Shown: positions 12,851-24,945, numbered from the stretch's first letter. The stretch: DNA of 49,901 nucleotides from Chromera velia (GCA_018398765.1 JAHBMJ010000338.1:1-49901), one strand, 5' to 3'. A program made the numbers and translations. Notes: generated by a model not told the origin, from the sequence alone.

Positions 12851-13600
12851 AAAATCTGTTCGATAGTTATTTTTCTATCGTTATAACATCTTTTTACACA
12901 AAGTTTCAGCTTCTAACTCCTTACTAATTATAAAAACGAGTTTTTTGCGGAAATGCGCCGCTTTAGGGGGGCAAAAAGCACCCCACTCGCGCCCAGTATA
13001 CGTAAAAATGCTAGGCATTTTTTATTTTTACTAAGCCCTAGCATGATTTTAAAAATACTAAGCACCTACAGTGTAATATGCCCTAACTGCCCAAACGTTT
13101 CCTTAATAAATTCTATTTAAATGCTAGTGCAATTTTAGTATTTACCTAACAGTTTATCTGTTCGAACAGGGCAAACCGTGAAGGGCATAGCAACGACCCC
13201 AATTTTTTGCAGGAAACTATGAGACAAGAGATTGTAGCCGTCTCCTTTTTTTCAATCTTTCTTTCTTTCTAAATCATTTGTTTTTTCTTTTTTTTCTTCT
13301 TTTTCGATCATTTTCGATAATCGTTTTATATGGATGAAATATTTCATTTGAGTCAGAGTGATTCACATACCCGATCGATTGATTGATATATAAACAAACA
13401 AACCAGAGTTTTTATGAGTGTTTGATTGTTTATTAAACAGGCAAATCGATACCCAGATTTGGTTGACGAAGCATAAACAGTTGTGGCACACCTTTTGCAC
13501 TGCGTTTGCGGTGTATCAGGTTTCAAATTGGTGTGCAGGCCCTTGAGGGAGGGTCTGAAATAATATCCCAGGCCCTGTCTGAAACAATAGCCCGTTCTTG

Positions 13601-15027
13601 CTAGGGGGTAGCACTAGGATGAATATTATAAGTACCCCTAGTTGGGCGGGCTTTCTAACCTAGTTTCTAACTAGTTAGGATGATAGTTTAGACTTATGCT
13701 ATATAAAAGTTATAGATATAGAACATACTGGAGATTTGATTTCTATAGTGGCGGGCCATTCATGCTTTCTAGTTCATGAGAAATTCTTGTTCAAAGGTAG
13801 TGTTGCTACGATCTGGTGGGGCTTTTCATGGCGGGGATGGACTGTGATAAACCTTTACCTCCCGTCAGTATGCCTGCCCCGCCACGTCCCGCCAGACACA
13901 GTCAATCCCTGCCAAGAAAAATGAACACTTACCTGAGGCTCTCAGTGATCTACACCAAAGACAAGTCAAGCTCATCCCCCCGTGTCTGTTGCTTCTTCAT
14001 GTTCCATGCCATTCCATTTCTTCAAACAACGCGCCAATTTGAAGGCAGAAACACTAAGAGTAGAACCAGATCGATAGACTTCATGCAGCCAATAAAAGAC
14101 CGCATCAAGACGGACAAAATCTGTGCGCGTGATCACTGAATTCTGCTGATATCGAATGTTTAACTCCACTTTCTTCTCGTCTTCTGTCTGGAGCTCTTCA
14201 ATCTTGGGGATAGAATGATGAGTAAGAAAAGGGTCAAAAGTAGAGACAAACAACTACCAACTTTTGTTTTCTTAGGTGAACGCAATCTGGTCACGACCGC
14301 AAGATTCTGGTTTCTTTCTATCTTTCACAATGTCTAAAACTTGGTGGACATACGGTCTTCCCAATGGGTTTCCGATGCCCGTCCCCCATCTGGCGGCAGA
14401 CAGTATTGTTGCTTCAGATATCCCAATTCTATGGAAAGATGCCGACGTGCTGATAGTCACAGAGAATAGAACCATCAGAGCGGAAGGATACGAATGGATC
14501 ATGGGTCCTTCGGTTACAAGGGACAGGTTTCTTGTGAAAAGAATTGAATTGAAGAAGTATTTTTCGTTTGAAGGAAAGTATGCTAACCAGTGGATATGGG
14601 TAGAGAGGATAGTCACTGCATAAACAAACTGCAGGGAGGTGTGTTGGAGGTTGGCGGGAGGTGGGAGGGGGCTGGCGGGGGGCTGGCGGGTGGCTAGCGG
14701 GAGGCAGACGGAAGAAAAGGAGACTGGAAGTCTGTCTTCTGGCGGGGGTTTGCTTTGTTGGCGGGGGGGTCTGACCTTAGAGAAACGATCAGGCCCCGCC
14801 AGGTCAAGCTGCCCGCCACCCCGCTAAATCGTGGCGACATGACTTTGAACCAATTTTTTGAAGTGAAAATATAACCCGCCATTAGTTCTGTTAGCTCCAA
14901 TCAGCACTTTAGAATATAGAAAAAAAGATTAGTATATAAATAAAGTGCCCGCCATGTCTAGATTTTTTATTAGAGAAAGTATAAACTTAGGGTCACCTTT
15001 ATACAGTAATATAGTGCTACCCCCTAG
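13601..15027. mobile_element. Non-autonomous TIR DNA transposon with a 9-bp TSD (Mutator/MULE-like)
   Basis: Perfect 16-bp TIR CTAGGGGGTAGCACTA. Flanks ccgttcttg / ccgttctcg form a 9-bp TSD with 1 CpG transition. Many subterminal TGGCGGG/CCCGCCA motifs; no transposase seen. Confidence 0.8.
13933..14628 (-). pseudogene. Decayed 696-bp phase-0 exon, putative clan CE (Ulp1/adenain-like) cysteine protease domain, inside the TIR element
   Basis: Acceptor ccctgcag| and donor CAG|GTAAGT bound a single frame of 232 codons with 5 in-frame stops and no frameshift. Motifs: FVYAVTILSTHIHWLAYFPSNEKYFFNS ... HQVLDIVKDRKKPESCGRDQIAF. The exon is well supported; the family assignment is by motif only. Confidence 0.55.
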
Positions 15028-15868
15028 CCGTTCTCGTTGTAGCAAATGTGAACATAGAAGTTCGTTACTTAACTCGCGAGAGAAGATCGTGCAGTATAAT
15101 TGACAGAGAACGACTAATCTGAAAGTGTAATAAGTCGTGTCACTTCAACTTAGACGCAAGAGCCACACAGTGGTCTTCAAACGGCGCTAAGCATCACAAA
15201 GCAAGCACTCAAGCAATCCTAGTCTCTGCTTCTGATATTCGTGACTGATCTTCTAGTGCAGGTCGTAGAAATCATCAGCTCTCTGCAACACATTCAGAGA
15301 ACACTTTCTTCCGTCTCCAATGTTTCGATCTGTCTCCAGGGATGTCATTGAAGAGACAAACTTGCAAGAGTGCAGCTCCGGAATGAACCCTCAAGAGACG
15401 GGCAAGCCAAGTAGCTAGCAAGTCTAGCCAAGTAGCGTTTCCTTTCGCAAGTCAAGCAGAAGAGGCAAGCGCTGGTCGAGATTGCAGTGGCTCCAAACGC
15501 TAAGCCTTCAATGAGAACGAAGGAGAGGCAGATGACACTATCATAACAGAAACGAAAATGGTTACGTTCTTCCGGGTGCCTTCCCCTCTTCGTGTCCTTC
15601 CAGTGACCTATCAGCCACAGCTTGCCCATGGTATCCATATTGTCCGAGGCCCTTCCACCAGGCTCCTAACAAGGCCAGAGGCTTTGGAAGCAACGCCACA
15701 GCAGATACTCAGTTGCGAGTGCTTTCCACTAGACTGTCCCACTATGTAAATGAACCACCTTCATGTCTCTCCTCCCCCCAACTGCAATGTCACCTCCTTT
15801 CCTGTACACAGTGAGGTCTTACACAACATTGTATACCAACATAACCAGTTTAGGTCAACCTATAAGTG

Positions 15869-16810
15869 ATGATGATGATGATGCATGAGGTTAAAGCCGG
15901 TGAGCCATATAGGCTCTGGCCAATCTAGTATTTCCTGCATAGATTCAAACCCTCGACCTAGGCCCCACTGGGGCATTTGCATGGAAGTGCAGAACAAGAC
16001 AGTCACCCTACTGTGACAGTTCCAACTGCAGGGAGCCATCCAGTCCCCACATCTCCAGATGAAGACTCTGTCTTTCCGCTTATAAACGAGACTGTCCCCG
16101 TCTCTACACCCGCAGACCGCGACTTGATCGTTCCATGCGCAGCCGTCCCAAGCCTCACGTCTTCTAGCACCTCTTCTTTGACAGCGGAACCGACCTTTGC
16201 ATCTCGTAACACTTCTACAGTGCTGGCTACCCTGCAATGTTGGCAATGCGAAGACAACAGTATGGGAAAGAGGTACAGCTAGTGCAAAGTTGCAACTTAT
16301 TGCAGTGTTGCATGTCAGAAGGTTCACTGGAAGACTCACAGAGCGAAATGCAACAAAGAGTGGGCGGGAGAACTTCAAGCTATGAGGGGTATAAAGAAGG
16401 AGATAGATAGTACAGAAGCGCTGTACTTCTTGAAAAGAGTCAAGATAGCAACTGAAGCAAGAAAGTAGGAGCTTGTTAACGAGCAAATGGTGAACTTTAT
16501 GCTTAGTTGTCTCTGCATCGATGGGCCTATCAAGAGGATTGGCCAAGACAGCGATCGAATGAATGCACAGAGGGACGTTTGATTTGCTTATCTGATCAAA
16601 GGGGCACTAGACGCACTCGCAATGCTCCCTAACCAGATGGTGGAGAATGCATTGGATAAAGACCCCAAAGAAAGTCTCTGAGATGATTTGCTTCGTCTGT
16701 TCTACCACATTGCCGAACAAGACTTCATGCCGGAAAGGGTGAAAGCATAAGGAACGCGCCTTTACTGGAGATATGCAGTATGAAGGAAGGGTGTGGTTGC
16801 GTATAGGTAA
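15869..16810 (+). pseudogene. zf-MYND-containing pseudogene
   Basis: 16238-16351 translates CWQCEDNSMGKR[Y]S*CKVATYCSVACQKVHWKTHRAKC, a MYND finger with one Cys>Tyr change and a stop. The frame is continuous over 314 codons with ~8 stops and no frameshift. It may extend upstream to ~15300. Confidence 0.75.
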
Positions 16811-16899
16811 AACGGGCCAAAGTTTTTATGTCACAGTTACTCTGCTTGCTTCTCAGACGGTTTGTTCATCAATCGATGGTGAATTTCTTTCTCTTCTCA

Positions 16900-17600
16900 T
16901 TCAGTCTCAATCTTTCTTTCTTTTCTTTTTTCTTAGACTTAGAGTGTGAAACCTGTCTTTTTTATCACTCCCTCTATCACTTCACCCCCTTTAGTTAGAC
17001 AGAATGATAAGAAGGAACCCATAAGAAGAGAGAGGGTTTTCCATTCCCCTCTGTGTGTCTCAGGAAAGAACGTTCTTGGTAACTCTGAAAAGTATGAAAG
17101 AAAAGAGAAGTGAACTCTCGACTTCCCTTTCCTTTTTCTTCTCTGTTTGAAAGTTTCTTTTCTGTAACTCCCTCTGTCATCTCATGCACCCTTTTTGAGT
17201 CGGACAGAACAATAAGAAGCAACCCACTGGCATAAGAAGAAAGAGGGTTTTCCATTCCCCTCTGTGTGTCTCGGGAAAAGAACGTTCTTGGTTACTCAGA
17301 AAAATGTGAAAGAAAACAGAAGAGTCCTTCTCTCTTTTTCTCACTTAGTCTCAATTCTTTGTTCTTTTTGTTTCTCGCTAAGTCTGGTTGAAGTTTCCTT
17401 TCTTGTCACTCTCCTTGTCACTTCATCTTTAATTCTGAGTCAGACAGAACGATAAAAAGCAACTCATAAGAAGAGAGAAGGCTTTACCGTTCTACTTTGT
17501 ACGTCTCAGAAAAAGAAACGTTCTTGGTTACTCTGAAAAGTATGAAATAAAGTAGGAAATAAACGTGTTCTCTCTCTCACCTGGTCTTAATCTCTTCTCT
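16900..17600. repeat. Degenerate tandem repeat, ~3 units of ~205-240 bp
   Basis: Recurring gacagaa..ataa..ag.aac.cataagaagagagagggttttccattcccctctgtgtgtctc.ggaaagaacgttcttggt.actc.gaaaa at ~16998, ~17203 and ~17443. Confidence 0.85.
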
Positions 17601-17918
17601 CCATTCTTTCTCTCCCCTTCTCTCTTACGTTTCAGCATTAAAAGTCATTTCACTTTTGGAAGCCTTTTCCCCCTCTGCCAGATGACCTCAGATTAGAACC
17701 AAAAAGTTATTCAGATAAAGAAAAAATCATTCCGCGTGTGTTTTTTTCTTCAATTGTAAACCGTTTGCGGCATAGGCTAGACTTGTGCGGGCCGGCCAAG
17801 GAGGTTTGATGCATCTAGGCGTTTTCCTTGGAAGCTGCACGTCAGACATTCAGCATTGGGGTGGGAGGCCTAGCGGGAGGCCAATCCTCCAGACATAAAT
17901 CCTAATCCTAAACATCTT

Positions 17919-17970
17919 GACATAATAGGAAGGCCTAGCACGGAACTAATCAATCGATTAATCAATCAAT
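17919..17970 (+). mobile_element. Short 3'-end fragment of the (TCAA)n-tailed retroelement
   Basis: gacataataggaaggcctagcacggaactaatcaatc matches the 3' ends at 25026, 36614 and 46193. Confidence 0.6.
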
Positions 17971-18644
17971 ATGCTATGCTATGCTAAATAGACTAAGTCT
18001 TTCGGTCAATCAACTTCAGCAAACTAGTCACATAAAGAGTGATTAACGATCTTTTGCATGAATATGGGCTGCTGGGAGCACGGCTCCACTCTAGCAAAGC
18101 TAACTTCATTCACATTCATATTTACATTCACATTCATGAGCCAGAAAGAGATGGAAGAAAGAGCTAGAAAGGCAGCCACAGAAAGAGAAGGGCTCAACAG
18201 AAAAGAGGGAAAAAGAGACAACTCGACGCTTTTCTGCTTTTTGTTGAATGAATGTCATACCGGAGTGGATAAGTTTTTAGGATGGGCGTCATTCAGACGG
18301 AGGGTGTTTGAGGAGTGTTCAGGATGGTACAGACACATAGAGGGAGACGCTCTGGCGGCCAGACATGCAGGAATCACCGGAAGGCAGCGGGTGATCGAGA
18401 GACTAACAAAAGAATATGAAGAGACAATTGATAACTTAGAGACGACCGAAGGAGCGTTAGGGTGGCCCAGGGGAAGGAGGGAGCCACAAAAGAAGATTGA
18501 TAAAGCAAACAAGAAGAGCGAGGAAGCCCAAATCACATGCCGTTTCAAATCGATTTTCAGGCCGGAAAGCCAACGCGGATCCAGAGCTGTGGCTCGAATA
18601 ACGAATAATCATGCAGCAGCGGCCAGGGCAACAGACTCTGGCAG

Positions 18645-18912
18645 TGTAGGATTGCTAAGAAATAACTAGGGAGGATTTCTAAAGTCATTCATAGGACGCA
18701 CAAAAGAACTGATCGTTCGGTTCTTCTTCTAGACATTGTTGTTTCTCCATAAACCACAATACATCACAACACCGGTATCAGTCTGTGAAAAGACGCATGC
18801 AGCAAAACCATGCAGACTGAGGCAGGCCGGCAGACTAAGCGCGTGCATCAAACACGCGGCGGCGCGATAATCATGCGATGACACGTTAGTGGCGCCAGGC
18901 ATTAGTACTACA
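18645..18912 (-). repeat. 3' LTR of the chromovirus
   Basis: 268-bp direct repeat of 24678-24945 with 7 differences, all transitions. Confidence 0.97.
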
Positions 18913-18917
18913 ACATG

Positions 18918-18929
18918 CCCGCCCCTCTC
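18918..18929 (-). promoter_or_regulatory. Polypurine tract of the chromovirus
   Basis: Minus-strand GAGAGGGGCGGG just upstream of the 3' LTR. Confidence 0.8.
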
Positions 18930-19560
18930 AGACGTGTGTCCTCACACGTAGTCAAACCTGAACGGACACACTTTTATCAAATGCAACTGGACAAGACATT
19001 TGTTCACTGACAGCCAGACACATGAGACTGCAGTGAATCAATCGATCTCAATCAACCCGCAAACAACCCATCACATAAACATCCCTCAACATGTTGGTAT
19101 GCCACGGCCAACAACATGAGCAGGCATCGGCTTGCATGGACCCCTTCATGCAGCCAATCATAGAAGAACACCCATTCAGACTGGATGCTCCACAACCAGA
19201 CAAATGATTCCGTGCATTAAACAGTGCAAGAAAAATAGATAGACGGAAGAAGAGAACAGAATACATGCATGCGCGTGCGAAAGGCATTGAGAAAGAAAGC
19301 TAAACGTAGGAAAGAGGAAAGTAACAAAAAGCATATAAAAGAGAGAGAAGAGATAGGGAAAGACATAGAGAAAGATGCAGAGACAATGACAGAGAGAGAA
19401 GACGTCGTCACAAGACAGAGAGAAGAAAACTGTATCATTCATTCATCCATTCATTCTCACTTCCGCCGTCCTTCCCGTGACCCCTCAGAAATAGAACGAG
19501 AGTGAGAGAATGCACAAACATTTACTCATATGCATTCATTCCCTTTGATTCCTAGTCTCT

Positions 19561-22500
19561 TTACTTCTTTCCCCCTCTCCCTCCGAGAGGCCTTCCAGGC
19601 TGCGCCAAGAACTCTCTGATTTTCAAACGAGCATTCAGAAGATTTTCTGATGGCTCCCACGTGGCATTCTCTTCTGAATCCCCTTTCCAGTGTACTAAAT
19701 ACTCCACACTATGACCGATCTTCCTCTTGTCAAGGACTGTCTCTACTTCATGCTCTTCTTCAGTCAAGTGTGGAAGGCGCACCGGCGGAGAATTCTTTTC
19801 AGACTGTCCTTCTTGCAACAAATATCTCTTCAACCAAACCATGTGGAGAATTCGATATCTTCTGACCCCCTCAAGAAATACCAGTTCGTATGCGACCTTT
19901 CTGACCCGTCGGTCTACTTCAAATGGCCCGTACCACAGATATGCAAGTTTCTTTCGATCTCCCTCCGGTGTCTTTGCTCCGGCAAAGAAGTTCCTGTGAA
20001 CCATAACCCAATCCCCAGGCTTGAATTCTTCTTTGCTTCTTCTCTGGTTGTAGTAATGTGCTACTCTCTCCCTTGCTCTCTCCAATCGGTCTCTTACCTC
20101 CTGAACGATGTTCACCCTCTCCTTCAAGTCTTGTGAAGCTTCAGGTGAGGATGGGTGGGGGCAGAGAAAACTGGGAAGAGTGAGTGGATCTCTTCATTCA
20201 ACAACATGGAAGGGAGTAAATCCAGTCGACTTGTGGACGCTCGTGCGGACTGCAAAGGCAAGCATCTTCAAGTGCTGAGGCCAGTCCTTCTGATGGTCTG
20301 CGACGAAGCACCGAAGCATCTGCTCAAGCGTCCGATTCTTGATCTCCGTCTGTCCGTCTGTCTGAGGGTGCTGAGCAGTTGACATCTTGAGCTTGGTTCT
20401 GCACAGGTAGAACAGTGTTTGCCAGAAGTTTGAGACAAACCTAGAGTCGCGATCAGAGACAATTGATTGTGGCATGCCATGCTCACACACCACTTCGTCG
20501 AAAAACTTTTGTGCTGTCTCTCGGGCTCCGGCTGTTTCTCTGGTGGGAACAAAGATCGCCCACTTGCTCAACTTGCACACCACGTCCATGATTGAGTCAA
20601 CTACCTCTCCCTTGAACTGAACAGGTGGAAGACCAGTAATGAAATCTATTGAGAGATCATGAAAGGGAGACTCTGGCACAGAGAGTGGTTGAAGAAGGCC
20701 TGCAGGCTTTTCATTCAACGGTTTGTTCCTTTGATACACATCGCAGTGAACGATGTAGTATATCACCTGCTTCTACATGTGTGGCCAAAAAAAATCTGCA
20801 GCCAGTCGTCGGTAGGTCTTGTCCACTCCAAGATGCCCAGCCAAAGGAGAATCGTGACACTCCCAGATGACTTGCCTTTACAGTGTCTTTGTCGAGATCG
20901 CCAGTCTCCTCTGGTCGTAGTACAAAAGTCCCTCCTTCACCGAGAAATGACTCAAACGCAAACGTAGATAGGCAGGGGAGGTACCTTAGGTAGGAGCATA
21001 AGTGAAGAAAGGAAGGAGCTCCTTGAAGAAAGAGTCTTGAGCGTACCCCTTCCTAACTTGATCCAGAAACTTTGCATCTGGACAGACCTTTCGAGTGCTC
21101 TCCACCTGGGCAATTCGGTCTCTTTCCTTTTCATCAGATCTCTCCTCTCCTGTCTGCTTCTGCGTTCTGGTTCGAGACGGTCGACGTGATAGCGCGTCTG
21201 CCACAACGTTCTTGGAGCCAGGGATGTACTGAGGAACAATGCCCAGTGCATTCAGGAAGATGACCTATCTCTTCACTCTGTCGGGGCCTTCGATCAGACC
21301 CCCTGAAGTGCCGAGCCACTTCAAGCTCTCGTGATTGGAGTAGACCTTCATGGTGTGATTCACATAAATGCGGAAGGCCTTCACTCCAAAAACAACTGCC
21401 AGAAGCTCCTTCTCCCGAATCGGATACTTCTGCTCAGCTTGAACGAGCTTCCTGGAAGCAAGGGCTACAACTCTCAGTCCATTCACTCTTGGATCCCACT
21501 GCATCAGAGCTACCGCGATGCAGATCCCTTTCTCTCACGCATCAACATACAAGTCGAAAGGGTGGGTAGGATCTGGGATAAAAAGAAGAATCAATTTTGC
21601 AATCTTCTCTTTCAACTCCTTGAACGCTGCTTCACAGACCTCTGACTAAACGAACTTGACCTTCGCCTGGAGAAGAGAAGTGAGCGGGGCTGTGACGTGA
21701 CTGTACTTGTAGATGAATCTTCGAAACCAGTTGCATAGTCCCAAGAAGACACGGAGCTCATGTTTGTTCTCAGGCTTCGGCCAAGTCTCAACGAGCTCTA
21801 CCCTCTTCGGCTCCGCTCTCACTCCTACATCTGAGATTTCCAGCCCGATGTACACAACTTTCGGGACAAAGAATTTACACTTGGAGATCTTCACATAATA
21901 CTCGTCTTTTCTCAGGTATCCAAGGACTCTCTGCAAATCTTCTTCATGTTAGTCGACCGTCGGGAAGTATACGAGGACGTCATCGATCCAAGCAAATGCG
22001 CAGTCATCCAGAACTTCGTGAAAGCAAACCTGAATAGCTCGCTGGCTGGTCGGCGGTGGGTTATACATCTCAAAAGGCATCACCAGCCACTGATAATTGC
22101 CGTACCGGGTGCACATCGCTGTCTTCGGTTCGTCATCCAGTCGAATGCGAAGCTGATAGAAAAACTGCCGCATATCGAGGACCGAAAAAATCTTCGCTCC
22201 GTGGAGACGGTCCAACAATTCTTCCGGTCTGGGCATCGCGTACTTGTCCTTGATCGTGATCTTATTGATGGCGCGATAGTTGATGCACATCCGTAGACTC
22301 CCATCTTTCTTCGCCACAAAGAAGGCTGGTGCTGCAAACGGAGAGACAGAGGGACGGATGAATCCCTTTGCCAGCAGATCATCCAGTTGTCTTCTCATCT
22401 TATCAAGCTCTCCAAAAGAAAGTCGGTATGGCAGCCGAGCGGGAGGAGGGTGTCCAGGCTCCAAATCAATCGTGAACTCAACTAACCGTCTTAGGGGTAG

Positions 22501-24609
22501 CTTAGGGATCTCGTTGCAAAAGATGTCCCGATACTCTCCCACTACCCGTCGAGCTGCAGGGTGGAGGGAGGGATCACTCATGACTTTTGACCACCCCGTA
22601 TAGAGCGTTTCATCCTTCTCCCTCTCTGCCTTCTCTTCTGCTGTCTCTCCTTCTGGCACTTCCTTCTCTGTCTCTTCTCTGATCGCCGTTGCCATTTTCG
22701 CCTCACCTAGGGGTTCTACCTCTAGGGTCATCGCCATAGGGGCCAGCACAGGCTCCACCATTTCCAACCTACAAAGATACACCTCTCGCACACGGCCCTT
22801 CCTGACCTCTCTTTTGAACTCTCTGCTAGAAAGAGTACGGACAGATGTTTGTGTCTGTGACTTGATAGTGATTGACCTTCCATGAGCCCCTGGGATTGGA
22901 ATCTCCACTTCTCCTTTGCCCCAATGTACATGAGGCTCATGTTCGATCAGCCACTTCATACCCAGATAGACATCATAGTTGTCATCAAGGTCAGCCAGGG
23001 CGAACTTCATTCTCTAGTGGTACCCCTGAATGGAGAAGGCCAGAAGACTGGTATACTCACTGACCGTAGTCACCACCGTCTGTCCGTCTTCTCCCTTAAT
23101 AGCCCCCCTACACTAACGCGAACTTTGCATCTTCCTGATGGGAAGACCTTTGTCGTGAGCGAATTAGGCAGACAGAAATGTCTCCCCCGCCCCACAGTCT
23201 AAGAGCACTCTCACCGGAATACCCTCGACAGTGCTCTGGAAGCAAATCATCTTCACCTTCCTGTCAGCACTGGCAGTGCCGATCATATTCGCCCGGTCGT
23301 ACACGTAGGGGTCAGTGGGCTGCTCTCCCTCAATGTTCATCGAAAGCTCGTTATCAGGGAACCAGAATTCTTCCTCTCCTTCTCCAACAACCTGATCCCC
23401 CTCCTGCCCTGCAGTCTGGATACCAGCTGCATAGCTATTCCAAGCACGCCCTCTCTGCCCCCCCTGTGGGCGACCTCTCTGCGCGTTCGGTGGAGAGCTA
23501 CGTGGTGGCCCTGTCCGTCCGACTGGCATCCACACCCATCGTCCTTCTCCACCGCCGGCGCCAACAGGTGGACCTCCCTGACCACCATACACGGGTCTCT
23601 GTAGTCCCGAAGGACCCCATGGCCTTCCTCTGTATGGCTGCTGCAGTCTGGGAACATTTGACCCGAACTCCCTCTGCAAAGACAACAAGGATAGACAATC
23701 TTTCTTCTCATGTCCCTTCTGCTTACAGAGGAAGCACCGTCCTTGTCACATCAGTTCGGCTCTCTCTTTTAAAGAAAGAGAGCACACAGCGTCCAGCTGC
23801 ATGGGAACAGGTCCGTCAGAGTTGGACCCACCCTGGTGTTTTCCGTCTGGTCTGCTGCCCCCAGTCTGAACGTGCTTCTTTCGGTTCCTACCCTTTCCTT
23901 CCAAAGTCTCTGCTGCGATACAAGCCGCCTCCACTGCCTCCTCAAGAGTGGAAGGAGCTTTCTTATTCACCTTAAGGCAAATCACATCGGGGATAGCCTT
24001 CTTGAAGATGTGGATGAGATCAGCAGGGGTCGATGTGTCTTTGATCTCTTCCGCCAGATCCAGGAAGGCGTTCCCAAAGCTCTCCATGCCCTGTGCTTTC
24101 GAGTATTGGAGCTCCTCCAGTGCATCCCTGCGGTGATCCTGCTCCAGCGGGTCGATGTAGCTCTTTTTCAGTACCTCTACGAAGTCTTGGAAGGAACGGA
24201 AGGGAGTTGCGCTTTTTTGCTTCCGATAGACCTACTTTTTCAGAGTTTTCGACAGATAGCTCTTCGAAACAAAGAGCCATCGACTCTCGGACACTCCCGT
24301 GCCCTGGCAATACTCCTTCATATCTTTGAGCCAGTCAGAGACCTCATGCCGATCCCCTGCAAAGATGGAGGGCTCCCTCACCTTGCAGGCTCGAGGCAGT
24401 TCTCCATCGAGCAACAGAGGATGTTCGTCGGCAGACGTCTCCACTCCAGCGGCCATGGTCGGAAGCACAACTTGCGTCCATGGCTCCCGAACTTTATCTG
24501 CCAGCCTCTGCATCACAGAGCGCTGCAAGAGAAGTTCCTGGTGCAGCTCCTGGAACTGCGCGTTGCACTCGGACTGAGTAATAAACTGACTGAATATCCC
24601 TTCAGTCAT
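19561..24609 (-). pseudogene. gag-pol polyprotein in a single reading frame with ~13 premature stops
   Basis: All ORF-track pieces share one frame (1683 codons). Motifs: CCHC knuckle CFLCKQKGHEKKDC (23695-23736), protease LLDCGA, RT (KKDGSLRMCINYRAIN, VMPF, WIDD), RNase H (LYVDA, EKELLAVV, NVVADALSR), integrase (HHCC remnant, SIDFITGLP, SDRD, HPQTDGQTE, YGPF), chromodomain (EVETVLDKR..EYLVHWKG..ATWEP). Confidence 0.95.
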
Positions 24610-24656
24610 TCAGTGCAACCATAACACAAATGAATTTGATTAACGATAGCCTCTGG

Positions 24657-24677
24657 TCGAACGAGGCTCTGCTACCC
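24657..24677 (-). promoter_or_regulatory. Primer-binding site, initiator tRNA-Met type
   Basis: Minus-strand GGGTAGCAGAGCC directly after the 5' LTR, complementary to the ...CTCTGCTACCA 3' end of eukaryotic tRNA-iMet (first T changed to G). Confidence 0.8.
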
Positions 24678-24945
24678 TGTAGGATTGCTAAGAGATAACT
24701 AGGGAGGATTTCTAGAGTCATTCATAGGACGCACAAAAGAACTGATCGTTCGGTTCTTCTTCTAGACATTGTTGTTTCTCCATAAACCACAATACATCAC
24801 AACACTGGTGTCAGTCTGTGAAAAGACGCATGCAGCAAAACCATGCAGACTGAGGCAGGCCGGCAGACTAAGCGCGTGCATCAAACACGCGGCGGCGCGA
24901 TAATCATGCGATGACACGTTGGTGGCGCCAGACATCAGTACTACA
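24678..24945 (-). repeat. 5' LTR of the chromovirus
   Basis: Direct repeat of 18645-18912. Confidence 0.97.

Larger units (their letters stand above)
18645..24945 (-). mobile_element. Full-length Ty3/Gypsy chromovirus LTR retrotransposon (decayed)
   Basis: 268-bp LTRs at 18645-18912 and 24678-24945 (TGTAG...CTACA). 5-bp TSD ggcag/ggtag. PBS and PPT present. Domain order gag-PR-RT-RH-IN-chromodomain. Confidence 0.97.

Noticed and set aside
14276..14623. Plus-strand 115-aa ORF preceded by an acceptor-like ttag
   Set aside because: Antisense shadow of the longer minus-strand exon, which has both splice sites and protease-like motifs
16900..17600. Repeats as a CRISPR array
   Set aside because: Long degenerate tandem units without unique spacers; eukaryotic context and no cas genes
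19561..24609. Stop-codon reassignment or readthrough as explanation for the in-frame stops
   Set aside because: All three stop types occur together with damaging missense changes, and host genes contain no internal stops
23178..24624. Plus-strand 265-aa and 262-aa ORFs
   Set aside because: Antisense to gag
24655..24677. tRNA gene
   Set aside because: Only a short tRNA-3'-end match (the PBS); no cloverleaf
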